A stretch of DNA of 64,000 nt from a bacterium (GTDB lineage: Bacteria; SAR324; XYD2-FULL-50-16; G965216635), in NCBI GenBank assembly GCA_965216635.1, contig OZ244188.1:864001-928000 (forward strand). The letters are read 5' to 3'. The first letter of the stretch is position 1, and every line of letters starts with the position of its first letter. Shown piece by piece: positions 29,575 to 38,682 of this stretch. A program made the position numbers and the translations under genes. The notes below the pieces were generated by a model. It saw only the letters and a list, made by a program, of their open reading frames with translations. It was not told the DNA's origin and made no database searches.

Positions 29575-31136
29575 TGCAATATTCTTAAAGACGCCACAAA
29601 GACGCCATAATGATATTCTTAAAGACGCCACAAAGACGCCATAATGATATTCTTAAAGACGCCACAAAGACGCCATAATGCAATATTCTTAAAGACGCCA
29701 CAAAGACGCCATAATGCAATATTCTTAAAGACGCCACAAAGACGCCATAATGCAATATTCTTAAAGACGCCACAAAGACGCCATAATGCAATATTCTTAA
29801 AGACGCCACAAAGACGCCATAATGCAATATTCTTAAAGACGCCACAAAGACGCCATAATGTATATTCTTAAAGACGCCACAAAGACGCCATAATGATATT
29901 CTTAAAGACGCCACAAAGACGCCATAATGATATTCTTAAAGACGCCACAAAGACGCCATAATGTATATTCTTAAAGACGCCACAAAGACGCCATAATGTA
30001 TATTCTTAAAGACGCCACAAAGACGCCATAATGTATATTCTTAAAGACGCCACAAAGACGCCATAATGATATTCTTAAAGACGCCACAAAGACGCCATAA
30101 TGCAATATTCTTAAAGACGCCACAAAGACGCCATAATGATATTCTTAAAGACGCCACAAAGACGCCATAATGATATTCTTAAAGACGCCACAAAGACGCC
30201 ATAATGCAATATTCTTAAAGACGCCACAAAGACGCCATAATGTATATTCTTAAAGACGCCACAAAGACGCCATAATGATATTCTTAAAGACGCCACAAAG
30301 ACGCCATAATGATATTCTTAAAGACGCCACAAAGACGCCATAATGCAATATTCTTAAAGACGCCACAAAGACGCCATAATGTATATTCTTAAAGACGCCA
30401 CAAAGACGCCATAATGCAATATTCTTAAAGACGCCACAAAGACGCCATAATGTATATTCTTAAAGACGCCACAAAGACGCCATAATGATATTCTTAAAGA
30501 CGCCACAAAGACGCCATAATGTATATTCTTAAAGACGCCACAAAGACGCCATAATGATATTCTTAAAGACGCCATAAAGACGCCATAATGATATTCTTAA
30601 AGACGCCACAAAGACGCCATAATGCAATATTCTTAAAGTCGCCACAAAGACGCCATAATGATATTCTTAAAGACGCCACAAAGACGCCATAATGTATATT
30701 CTTAAAGACGCCACAAAGACGCCATAATGTATATTCTTAAAGACGCCACAAAGACGCCATAATGATATTCTTAAAGACGCCACAAGACGCCATAATGGTA
30801 TTCTTAAAGACGCCACAAAGACGCCATAATGCAATATTCTTAAAGACGCCACAAAGACGCCACAAAGACGCCATAATGATATTCTTAAAGACGCCACAAA
30901 GACGCCACAAAGACGCCATAATGATATTCTTAAAGACGCCACAAAGACGCCATAATGATATTCTTAAAGACGCCACAAAGACGCCATAATGATATTCTTA
31001 AAGTCGCCATAAAGACGCCATAATGATATTCTTAAAGACGCCACAAAGACGCCATAATGTATATTCTTAAAGACGCCACAAAGACGCCATAATGATATTC
31101 TTAAAGACGCCACAAAGACGCCATAATGACGCCATA
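29550..31136. repeat. Tandem array of 45 units (mostly 34/35/36 bp), each with paired AAAGACGCCA direct repeats
   Basis: Constant 33-mer TATTCTTAAAGACGCCACAAAGACGCCATAATG plus A, TA or CAA. It begins inside the last codons of the AlbA_2 gene and ends 13 bp before the MTase ATG. Confidence 0.98.
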
Positions 31137-31149
31137 TAAATAAAATAAT

Positions 31150-34100
31150 ATGAATACAGAACAAGCAGAAAGAATGCTCCAACAAACTTTTGAGTGTGCT
31201 TTTAACAAAGAGCAATTCAAAAGATTCATTAGAGAATTACTCAATAAATTTGATGAAAAAAATATTCAAAAAGAATCTTTCAATCAAATAGAAAAGGAAT
31301 ACTTTCAATCTTTAGAGCAAATCGGAGAATTTAAAGATACGGAAAAAAATGAAATTGACATTCTCATTGTCACCTTAAAAGAAGATAAATCCTTAGAAAG
31401 AACTCGCACAGCACAGCGAAATTTAATTATCAATCGTTTAAAAAACAGTTGGAAAGAAGCAGCGCTGGTAGCCTTTGTTTCTCATAATCTTAAAGATTGG
31501 AGATTGTCACTAGTCAAGCTAGAGTATACAAAAAAAGGCGAAGTAAAAAAAGATATTAGCTCTGCTATTCGGTGGTCGTTTCTCTTAGGTGAAAACAAAA
31601 AAAGTCGCACCGCCAAGGACAGATTCTCTGAATGGATAAGCAAGACAGAAAAAAGCCCAACCCTCCAAGATCTAGAAAAAGCCTTTGCAGTAGAGCCATT
31701 AAACAAAGAATTTTATGAAAAACTTTTGCGTTGGTATGAAAAAGCACAAAAACAAGTAATTTTTCCTAACGATGAAAAAACAACTAAAACAGAAGAGCAT
31801 AAAAAAACATCCCTCATTCGCCTACTGACTCGCCTATTATTTGTTTGGTTTTTAAAAGAAAAAAAGCTTGTGCAGGCTGATTTATTTAACAAAAAAAAAC
31901 TAGAAAAAATCATTAAATGGAAAGAATCCAGCAGTTTTTACAAAGCCATTTTACAAAATTTATTCTTTGTAACACTGAACCAAGAAATTGAAAATCGTGA
32001 ATTTAGAAACAAAGAAAACTATCAAGGTATCAATAAAGATTACGGTAACCAATACTATTACCGCTATCATTCTTTAGTTTTAGCTGAAGCCGACTGGAAA
32101 AACTTATTTAGCAAAACCCCTTTCCTCAATGGCGGATTGTTTCAATGTTTGGATAGAAAATTGAGCAAAGATAATCCAGACAAAAAAAAACTTATAGACG
32201 AGCGAAATAAAGATACCCGTAAAGAGAAAATAATGCTCCGCATAGACGGATTTTCTGATAAAACAGATAATGTTTTACAATTTCCTAATGATTTATTTTT
32301 TAACGAAGACGAAACAGGATTGATTGATTTATTCAACAGGTATCAATTCACAGTAGAAGAATCCACCCCTTTAGATATAGATGTAGCCCTAGAGCCAGAG
32401 CTTTTAGGTAAAGTTTTAGAAAACCTACTCGCTAGCTACAACCCAGAAACTTCCGAACAAACCCGAAAAACTACGGGCAGTTTTTATACCCCCAGAGAAA
32501 TTGTAAGCTATATGGTGGACGAAAGCCTAAAACAGTATTTTAGTCAAAAAACAGAACTGAAAGATTTACAAATAAACGATTTATTCAACGAGAAAGAATC
32601 TGATTTTAGCGATAATCAAAAAAAAGAAATCATTCGCAGTATTGATACCTTAAAAATAATAGACCCAGCAGTAGGTAGCGGAGCTTTTACGATGGGAATT
32701 TTACAACGGCTAATTTCTATCCTAAACAAAATAGACCCTAAAAATATTTACTACAAAAAACAACAAACCGAAAAAGCAGAAAAAATGTCAGATGACCAAA
32801 GCAAACGAGCTTCCTTAGAAATCATCAATCAAGTTTTTTCTCAAGAAAAACAATACAACGCCTACGGTAAAAAATTATTCTTAATTGAAAACTGCATTTA
32901 CGGTGTAGACATACAACCCATCGCTATTCAGATTTGCAAACTACGTTTTTTCATTAGCCTAGCTATTGAACAAGAAGCGACTGAAGATAAAGAAAACAAT
33001 TATGGCATTCGCTCCTTACCCAATTTAGAAACCAAGTTTATTGTAGCAAATAGCCTTTTGGGACTAACAGATAAGACTCAACCCTCTCAGATTGCAGGTC
33101 ACGAATTAGTAGAGTTAAAAGCAAAGTTAAAAACAGTAAGACTCAATTATTTCACTGCTAAAACACAAGCAAAAAAATCAAAACTCCGTCAAAAAGATAA
33201 AAAAATTAGAAAAGAAATGGGAAAATTTTTAAAGAATGGATTAAGCAACGATGCTATTGAAAAAATTGCTAACTGGGATCTATACAACCAAAACACAGTT
33301 GCCGATTGGTTTGAACCCGAATGGCAGTTTGGCGTAGCAGATGGCTTTGATATTGTGCTAGGCAACCCTCCTTATGGATTTAGGAATGTTTTGACACCTA
33401 AAGAAAAAAAATATTTTAGAACTGTAGAAAAAATTGAATTTAGTAGTGGTGATAGTGCCGAGTTATTTTGTAAAAAATGCTTTGATAAATTACTAAAAAA
33501 CAATGGGATTCTTACTTTTATCATTCCAAAAAAATCATTATATGGGGACGCATGGACAGGATATAGAAAAGATTATTGGAACAAATACAATTTAAAATAC
33601 CTTATTGATACCAGCAAATCTTTTGAAAATGTTTTATTAGAAATGAATATTTTCGGTTTAGAAAAAACATATAAAAAAGGTTTAGTTAAATGTGGTTATT
33701 TAAACAAAAATAATACAATAAACATATTCAGTATAAGTGATAAGAGTGAAATATTCATGCAAAACAATACAGCTCAGATTTATAAATTATCAATAACAAA
33801 ATCATTTTGGGATAAAATTCAAAAATCAAAGAGTAATGAATCTCTTGTTTTAGGTAAATTAGGTTTAGCTATTGGAACTGATTTTTTTTCAGACAAACAA
33901 ACCAAATATAAGTTATTAAAAGGGATTGATATTTCTCAATGGAAAATCAAAAAAAATAGATGGTTAAAAAACACATCAAAACTAAATTGGAATAACGCTA
34001 AAAAATTTTTAGTCCCAAAAGTTATTTCTCAAGTGCTAATTGCTCATATAGAAAACCCAATTCCACATATAAAAATAACTGCTTGCTATGATGATGAAGG

Positions 34101-34461
34101 AATCATTATAACAAACACCTTAATGTCTTTTGATTTAGATAAAAGGCTATCGCCTCTATTTTGGTTAGCTTTTTTAAATTCATCATTTGTGAGTTGGTAT
34201 GCTTATAATTTTATTTATGCAAGAGCTGTTAGAACAATGCATTTTTATAATTTTTATATTCAACAAATTCCAATACCTAAATCAATAATTACACATCCAA
34301 AAGAACAAGAGCCTTTTATTGCCCTAGTAGATAAAATTTTGCAACAAAAAACAAAAGACAATACTGCAAACACCACCGAACTCCAAAAACAAATAGACTG
34401 CCTAGTCTATAAGCTATACAATCTCACCGCTGAGGAGATTAGAATTATAGAAAAAAATTAA
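31150..34461 (+). CDS. Type IIG/Eco57I-like N6-adenine DNA methyltransferase with TaqI-C-like target recognition domain
   Basis: Motifs FLNGGLF, GSFYTPREIV, motif I DPAVGSGAF, GVDI, motif IV GNPPY, and C-terminal 'QIDCLVYKLYNLT.EEI'. Confidence 0.9.
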   Translation: MNTEQAERMLQQTFECAFNKEQFKRFIRELLNKFDEKNIQKESFNQIEKEYFQSLEQIGEFKDTEKNEIDILIVTLKEDKSLERTRTAQRNLIINRLKNSWKEAALVAFVSHNLKDWRLSLVKLEYTKKGEVKKDISSAIRWSFLLGENKKSRTAKDRFSEWISKTEKSPTLQDLEKAFAVEPLNKEFYEKLLRWYEKAQKQVIFPNDEKTTKTEEHKKTSLIRLLTRLLFVWFLKEKKLVQADLFNKKKLEKIIKWKESSSFYKAILQNLFFVTLNQEIENREFRNKENYQGINKDYGNQYYYRYHSLVLAEADWKNLFSKTPFLNGGLFQCLDRKLSKDNPDKKKLIDERNKDTRKEKIMLRIDGFSDKTDNVLQFPNDLFFNEDETGLIDLFNRYQFTVEESTPLDIDVALEPELLGKVLENLLASYNPETSEQTRKTTGSFYTPREIVSYMVDESLKQYFSQKTELKDLQINDLFNEKESDFSDNQKKEIIRSIDTLKIIDPAVGSGAFTMGILQRLISILNKIDPKNIYYKKQQTEKAEKMSDDQSKRASLEIINQVFSQEKQYNAYGKKLFLIENCIYGVDIQPIAIQICKLRFFISLAIEQEATEDKENNYGIRSLPNLETKFIVANSLLGLTDKTQPSQIAGHELVELKAKLKTVRLNYFTAKTQAKKSKLRQKDKKIRKEMGKFLKNGLSNDAIEKIANWDLYNQNTVADWFEPEWQFGVADGFDIVLGNPPYGFRNVLTPKEKKYFRTVEKIEFSSGDSAELFCKKCFDKLLKNNGILTFIIPKKSLYGDAWTGYRKDYWNKYNLKYLIDTSKSFENVLLEMNIFGLEKTYKKGLVKCGYLNKNNTINIFSISDKSEIFMQNNTAQIYKLSITKSFWDKIQKSKSNESLVLGKLGLAIGTDFFSDKQTKYKLLKGIDISQWKIKKNRWLKNTSKLNWNNAKKFLVPKVISQVLIAHIENPIPHIKITACYDDEGIIITNTLMSFDLDKRLSPLFWLAFLNSSFVSWYAYNFIYARAVRTMHFYNFYIQQIPIPKSIITHPKEQEPFIALVDKILQQKTKDNTANTTELQKQIDCLVYKLYNLTAEEIRIIEKN

Positions 34462-34471
34462 GCAAACCAGT

Positions 34472-35098
34472 ATGTCAAAAAAGCCACAGACTGTAAAAGT
34501 ATTAGAGGAGTTAGGGAGGGTGCAATTATCTCCTTCGTTTTTTATGCGTGATTTTTTGTATTCAGAAATTTCACAAATTGAAAGAATCCCCAATATTCCC
34601 AATAACCCAGATTTAGCGATTAAAGTTGGTAAAAAATTATGTGTAGAAGTTTTAGAGCCTATCCAAAATCAGCTAGGAAAAATCAGCATTCGTTCTGCTT
34701 ATAGATCTCCAGAAGTCAACGCAAAAGGTGCGGAAAAGAATAATCAATACAACTGCTCCCGTAATGAAAATAGCTACGCTCATCATATTTGGGATGTTCC
34801 CGACAAAGACGGCGAAGGGGCTGTTGCTTGTATCGTAGTAAATTCTTTTCTGCCTTACTATGAAAAAACTAAACATTGGCAAGCCTTAGCTTGGTGGATT
34901 CACGATAATATTACAGCCTATTCCTCAATGTATTTTTTTCCTAAATTGTGTGCTTTGAATATTGGTTGGCACTCAACACAGAAAAAATGGATTAAAAGTT
35001 ATATCAAACCAAAAGGCTGTTTGACAAAACCTAGTATGGCTAATTTTTCAAGTAACCATAAAATGGAGTATAGTGCGTTTATTCAATCTATCACATAA
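34472..35098 (+). CDS. Hypothetical protein, peptidase M15-like
   Basis: 'LSPSFFMRDFLYSE', 'VLEPIQ', 'IRSAYRSPEVN', HH. Resembles M15A-fold proteins. Confidence 0.6.
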   Translation: MSKKPQTVKVLEELGRVQLSPSFFMRDFLYSEISQIERIPNIPNNPDLAIKVGKKLCVEVLEPIQNQLGKISIRSAYRSPEVNAKGAEKNNQYNCSRNENSYAHHIWDVPDKDGEGAVACIVVNSFLPYYEKTKHWQALAWWIHDNITAYSSMYFFPKLCALNIGWHSTQKKWIKSYIKPKGCLTKPSMANFSSNHKMEYSAFIQSIT

Positions 35099-35105
35099 AC
35101 ATCAT

Positions 35106-35150
35106 AAAATCTCTCTCCTTAAAAACATCTCTCAAATAGCTTTTTGACAA
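35106..35150 (+). repeat. Copy 1 of a promoter-containing direct repeat (also at about 38270 and 38571)
   Basis: CTCTCCTTAAAAA..CTCTCAA(A/G)TAGCTTTTT. TTGACA at 35144 is followed by TAAAAT at 35168. Confidence 0.8.
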
Positions 35151-35218
35151 ACCCTTTCCTTTTTTGATAAAATTTCTTTTAAAGAGTAGTATTTCCATTT
35201 AAACAAATAGAAAAAATT

Positions 35219-35310
35219 ATGGGACATGTTTTTGTAGATTTGGAACTGAATAATCCAAAACAAGAAACCTTACAACCTATAAAAGTAAAAGCATTAGCGG
35301 ACATAGCACC
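35219..35310 (+). pseudogene. Truncated clan AA aspartic protease-like gene
   Basis: MGHVFVDLELNNPKQETLQPIKVKALAD resembles the N-terminus of retropepsin-like bacterial proteases. It is cut where the catalytic DTG is expected. Confidence 0.6.
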
Positions 35311-35409
35311 GCAAACACCACCAAGCTACAAAAACAAATAGACAACCTAATTTATAAGCTATACAATCTCACAAAAGAAGAAATCACCACCATTGAAAAC
35401 AATGGTTAA
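35311..35409 (+). pseudogene. Diverged duplicate of the MTase 3' end
   Basis: Encodes ANTTKLQKQIDNLIYKLYNLTKEEITTIENNG*, versus ANTTELQKQIDCLVYKLYNLTAEEIRIIEKN* at 34366-34461. Confidence 0.9.
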
Positions 35410-35455
35410 ATATTATAGACTTACTTTATACTGATAAAAATTAATCTATAAATCT

Positions 35456-37537
35456 ATGGCACTACTTAACAAAACAATCAATGGTTACAAGTTTGTTTCT
35501 TTTATCAACCAAGGTGGATTTGGAGCAGTGTATAAAACGGAAAAAGGTAACAACAATTATGCTATTAAAGTATTCCACGAAGAATATATTTTAAGAGAAT
35601 TTAAAAAACATGGAGAAAATAATAGATTGCAAAGAGAAATAGATATTATGAAGTCTGTTTCTCATAAATATCTTATAAAATATGTTGATGACTTTGTGAA
35701 TCAAGATGAAACAGGAAAAAATTATTTTCTTGTTATGGAATTTATTAATGGAACGAATCTAAAAGAAATTTTGCAAAAAAATGAAAAATTATCAGAAACA
35801 GAAAGTATAAAAATTTTCAAACAAATCTTATAAGGATTGCAGTATTTACATAATATCAGGGGAGAAAATGTTGATGTAGGAATTATTCATAGAGATTTAA
35901 AACCCGAAAATATTTTAATACAAGAAAATGGAGAGATTAAAATAATTGATTTTGGAATTTCTAAAGTCATTGATTTTACTTCTTTAACAAGCACAGGCGA
36001 AATTTTTGGAACAGGTCCATATATGTCGCCAGAGCAAATTACTGATAGTAAAAATATTGATAAAAGGAGTGATTTATATACAGCTGGGGTGGTTTTATAC
36101 GAAATGCTTACAGGCTATTATCCTTATGATTTTCAATACCAACCAGAACTTATTGAAAAAATAAAAAATGACCATCCTATTCCTCCCAGAAGAAGAGAAA
36201 TTTCAATAAGTAATAAGATTGAAAACTTGATTTTGCAACTACTAGAAAAAAATCCATATCAAAGATTCGCACAAGTTTCGGAAATATTAGAAGTGATAGA
36301 TCTTACTACAGGTATTATTGAAGTAAAAAAATACGATTTATCACCTAATTTTTATCTAAGACTTTACAATGATAAAAGTGTATTAGAAGATTTCACAAAA
36401 AAAGATAAAAGTTTTGGAAATGTTATTTTTCCTGCAAATTTAGAAAATGTTCCAGCATGTAAAGGCTTACTTAAAAACATCCAAGAGAATGATAATATAA
36501 ATATTATTGTAGACCCGGCAACTGTTAGATTAGCATACCCTGCTTATACAGAAACTAAAGGAATGTTAAAACTTCCTTATACTCCTCAAAATAATGAAGT
36601 AATTACTCCTGAACACTTGAATAGTTTTTTGGCTCAAAAAAAATATGTAAAACAAGTTTTAGATACACAAATAGAACTTGGTGCCAATATTTTATTAACC
36701 CCATTTCATTATACACATAATTCTTCTCAGACTTATGGACCTGATAGAAACGCTGCTGCAGAGTGGTTTGATTTAGATTGTAAATTGACGGAAGAAAGTA
36801 TTGATTATAAAAATGCAAATCACCCTAATAAAAAAATTTATATGGGGGTTTGTATTAAAGCTGATTCTTTAAATGATAAAAAATCTAAAAGATATTTATT
36901 AAATACTTTTTCTGCTTTTAACACAGATGGTTTTTTAATATATGCAGACTGTATTGACAATAAAACCAGTGAAATAACTCTTTTTCATTATATTGATTTT
37001 CTTATAAAATTACAAAAATATACTCAAAAACCAGTGATTGCAGGGAGAATTAATGCTGGATTAGGACTTGGTCTACTTTCTTTTGGTATTGCTGGTTTTA
37101 CATCAGGGACAGCAAGATTTGAAAGTTTTTATGAAGATTTATATAAAGAAAGCACACCTTCTTATAATATGTATGTTAGATATTACTTCCCTGAATTATT
37201 AACTACTATTTCTATCTTAAGAAAAACCCCAACTAAGTTTGAACTAATTACTCAAGTTATTAAAACTTGTAATTGTCATTATTGCAAAGGGAACGATCAG
37301 CCTGCTATTATTACAGATCACAATGCAAAACTTCATTTTTTAGAAGTTATATCAAATGAAATAAATAGTATCAGAAAAAACCCCAAAGAAAAAATGAAAA
37401 AAGAATACTTATCAAAAATTGATTTTGCTATTGAAAACTATAATAAATTAAAAAGAGCCTTCAAAATAGAGGAGTATTCTTTTCTATATGGATGGAAAAA
37501 TATTTTTACTAAATTAAATGAAAAATATCATGTTTAG
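35456..37537 (+). pseudogene. Ser/Thr protein kinase fused to an uncharacterised C-terminal domain, interrupted by one in-frame TAA (35831-35833)
   Basis: The two listed ORFs share a frame: ...KIFKQIL*GLQYLH... All kinase motifs are intact (QGGFGAVY, AIK, REI, HRDLKPEN, DFG, YMSPE, SDLY). The C-terminal domain of about 400 aa has CNCHYC...AKLH. Confidence 0.88.
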
Positions 37538-38168
37538 ATATGAAAAAGAAATGATCCCTGTGTTAAGGGAACATTTATCTGAGAAATACAAGACAGAGAA
37601 TTTTATCGAAGAATTTAATAGTGGGAACGGTATTGCTGATTTAGTTTTTACAATTGAAAAAATAAAAGATAATCAAAAGCATCTTTTAGATTATGAACTT
37701 ATCTATATTGTCTTTAAATATTTGAACAGAAAAAATAAAAAAATTGAAGCAAGAAAATTATTTACAGAAACTTTTTTAACAAAAAAACAAGTTGAAAATT
37801 TAATATGTTATCTTCTTGAAAATAATATTTTAAAATCTATTGACAAAGAAAATTTCTATGTGAAAAAGAAATATACACCTCCCATTAAAAAAATTATTTC
37901 AATCGAAGCTAAGCTATATAATTGGAAAAAAGGATTTTACCAAGCTCTAAGATACAAGGCTTATTCTCATAAAAGTTATTTAGCAATTAGTGAAGAATTT
38001 GCTCACAGGGTAGATAAAAATTTATTAACAAAACACAATATTGGTTTAATTACTGTTTCACCAGAAAAAATCGATTTCCCTGTTAAAAATAAAGACACAG
38101 TTCCTTTATATCCCGTAGCTCAGGCTTATTTATCAGAAAGCATGGCGTCTGTTTTAAGTACAGTATAA
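37518..38168 (+). CDS. Putative PD-(D/E)XK nuclease-like protein with an inserted wHTH-like segment
   Basis: 'EEFNSGNGIADLVF' ... 'SIEAKLYNWKKGFYQALRY' gives E...D...EAK plus QxxxY. It overlaps the kinase-fusion stop. Confidence 0.65.
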   Translation: MKNIMFRYEKEMIPVLREHLSEKYKTENFIEEFNSGNGIADLVFTIEKIKDNQKHLLDYELIYIVFKYLNRKNKKIEARKLFTETFLTKKQVENLICYLLENNILKSIDKENFYVKKKYTPPIKKIISIEAKLYNWKKGFYQALRYKAYSHKSYLAISEEFAHRVDKNLLTKHNIGLITVSPEKIDFPVKNKDTVPLYPVAQAYLSESMASVLSTV

Positions 38169-38269
38169 TTTAAAATCTATATTTTTTAAGGGAAATAAAT
38201 TGTTCTCTTTCAAAAGTATCTTTGACTTTAATTCATTAAAACTTTTTCACTCAATAGTGGTTTTGACAA

Positions 38270-38332
38270 AAAACTCTCTCCTTAAAAACCTCTCTCAAAT
38301 AGCTTTTTTATAAAAAACTTGCTCTTTGTTAT
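38270..38332 (+). repeat. Copy 2 of the promoter-containing direct repeat
   Basis: AAAACTCTCTCCTTAAAAACCTCTCTCAAATAGCTTTTTTATAAAAAACTTGCTCTTTGTTATT, nearly identical to 38571-38633. Confidence 0.85.
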
Positions 38333-38390
38333 TTTGAACCAGAAACAATATAGTTTTTTAAAACAAAATATTTCTAATTTTATATCAACA

Positions 38391-38549
38391 ATAAAAACAG
38401 AATTTACGGCTATGATTAAAAAAGATGGCGATTGGTGGATTGGTTGGATAGAAGAAATACCTGGGGCTAATGCACAAGAAAAAACCAAAGAAGATTTGAT
38501 TATTAGCCTAAAAGAAGCAGCTAAGGATATTCAAAAACTTAAAAAATAA
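38391..38549 (+). pseudogene. Orphan, probably degraded HicB-family antitoxin
   Basis: (I)KTEFTAMIKKDGDWWIGWIEEIPGANAQEKTKEDL...LKEA is HicB-like. The expected start reads ATA, and no hicA is adjacent. Confidence 0.7.
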
Positions 38550-38570
38550 AAAAACTTCTGCATTTTAAAA

Positions 38571-38635
38571 AAATTCTCTCCTTAAAAATTTCTCTCAAGT
38601 AGCTTTTTGACAAAAAATTTGCTCTTTGTTATTCT
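38571..38635 (+). promoter_or_regulatory. Probable sigma70 promoter of thrS (copy 3 of the direct repeat)
   Basis: TTGACA (38607-38612), 17 bp spacer, TATTCT (38630-38635) with a TGn extension, about 50 bp before the probable ATG. Confidence 0.6.
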
Positions 38636-38682
38636 GCATTAAGAATAATAAAATTTTTCATACCTCAAAATTTTCATACCCA

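Noticed and set aside
29550..31136. CRISPR array
   Set aside because: Units are head-to-tail with only 1-3 variable bases, there are no unique spacers, and no cas genes are present.
29585..31215. Short repetitive ORFs (MASLRISLWRL..., MIFLKTPQRRH...)
   Set aside because: These are translation artefacts of the array. Frames shift with the 34/35/36-bp units.
25057..35098. Complete DISARM or BREX system
   Set aside because: No DrmA/DrmB (DUF1998), PglZ or BrxC is recognisable.
35831..35833. Alternative genetic code or Sec/Pyl read-through
   Set aside because: The codon is TAA, which terminates many genes in the window normally.
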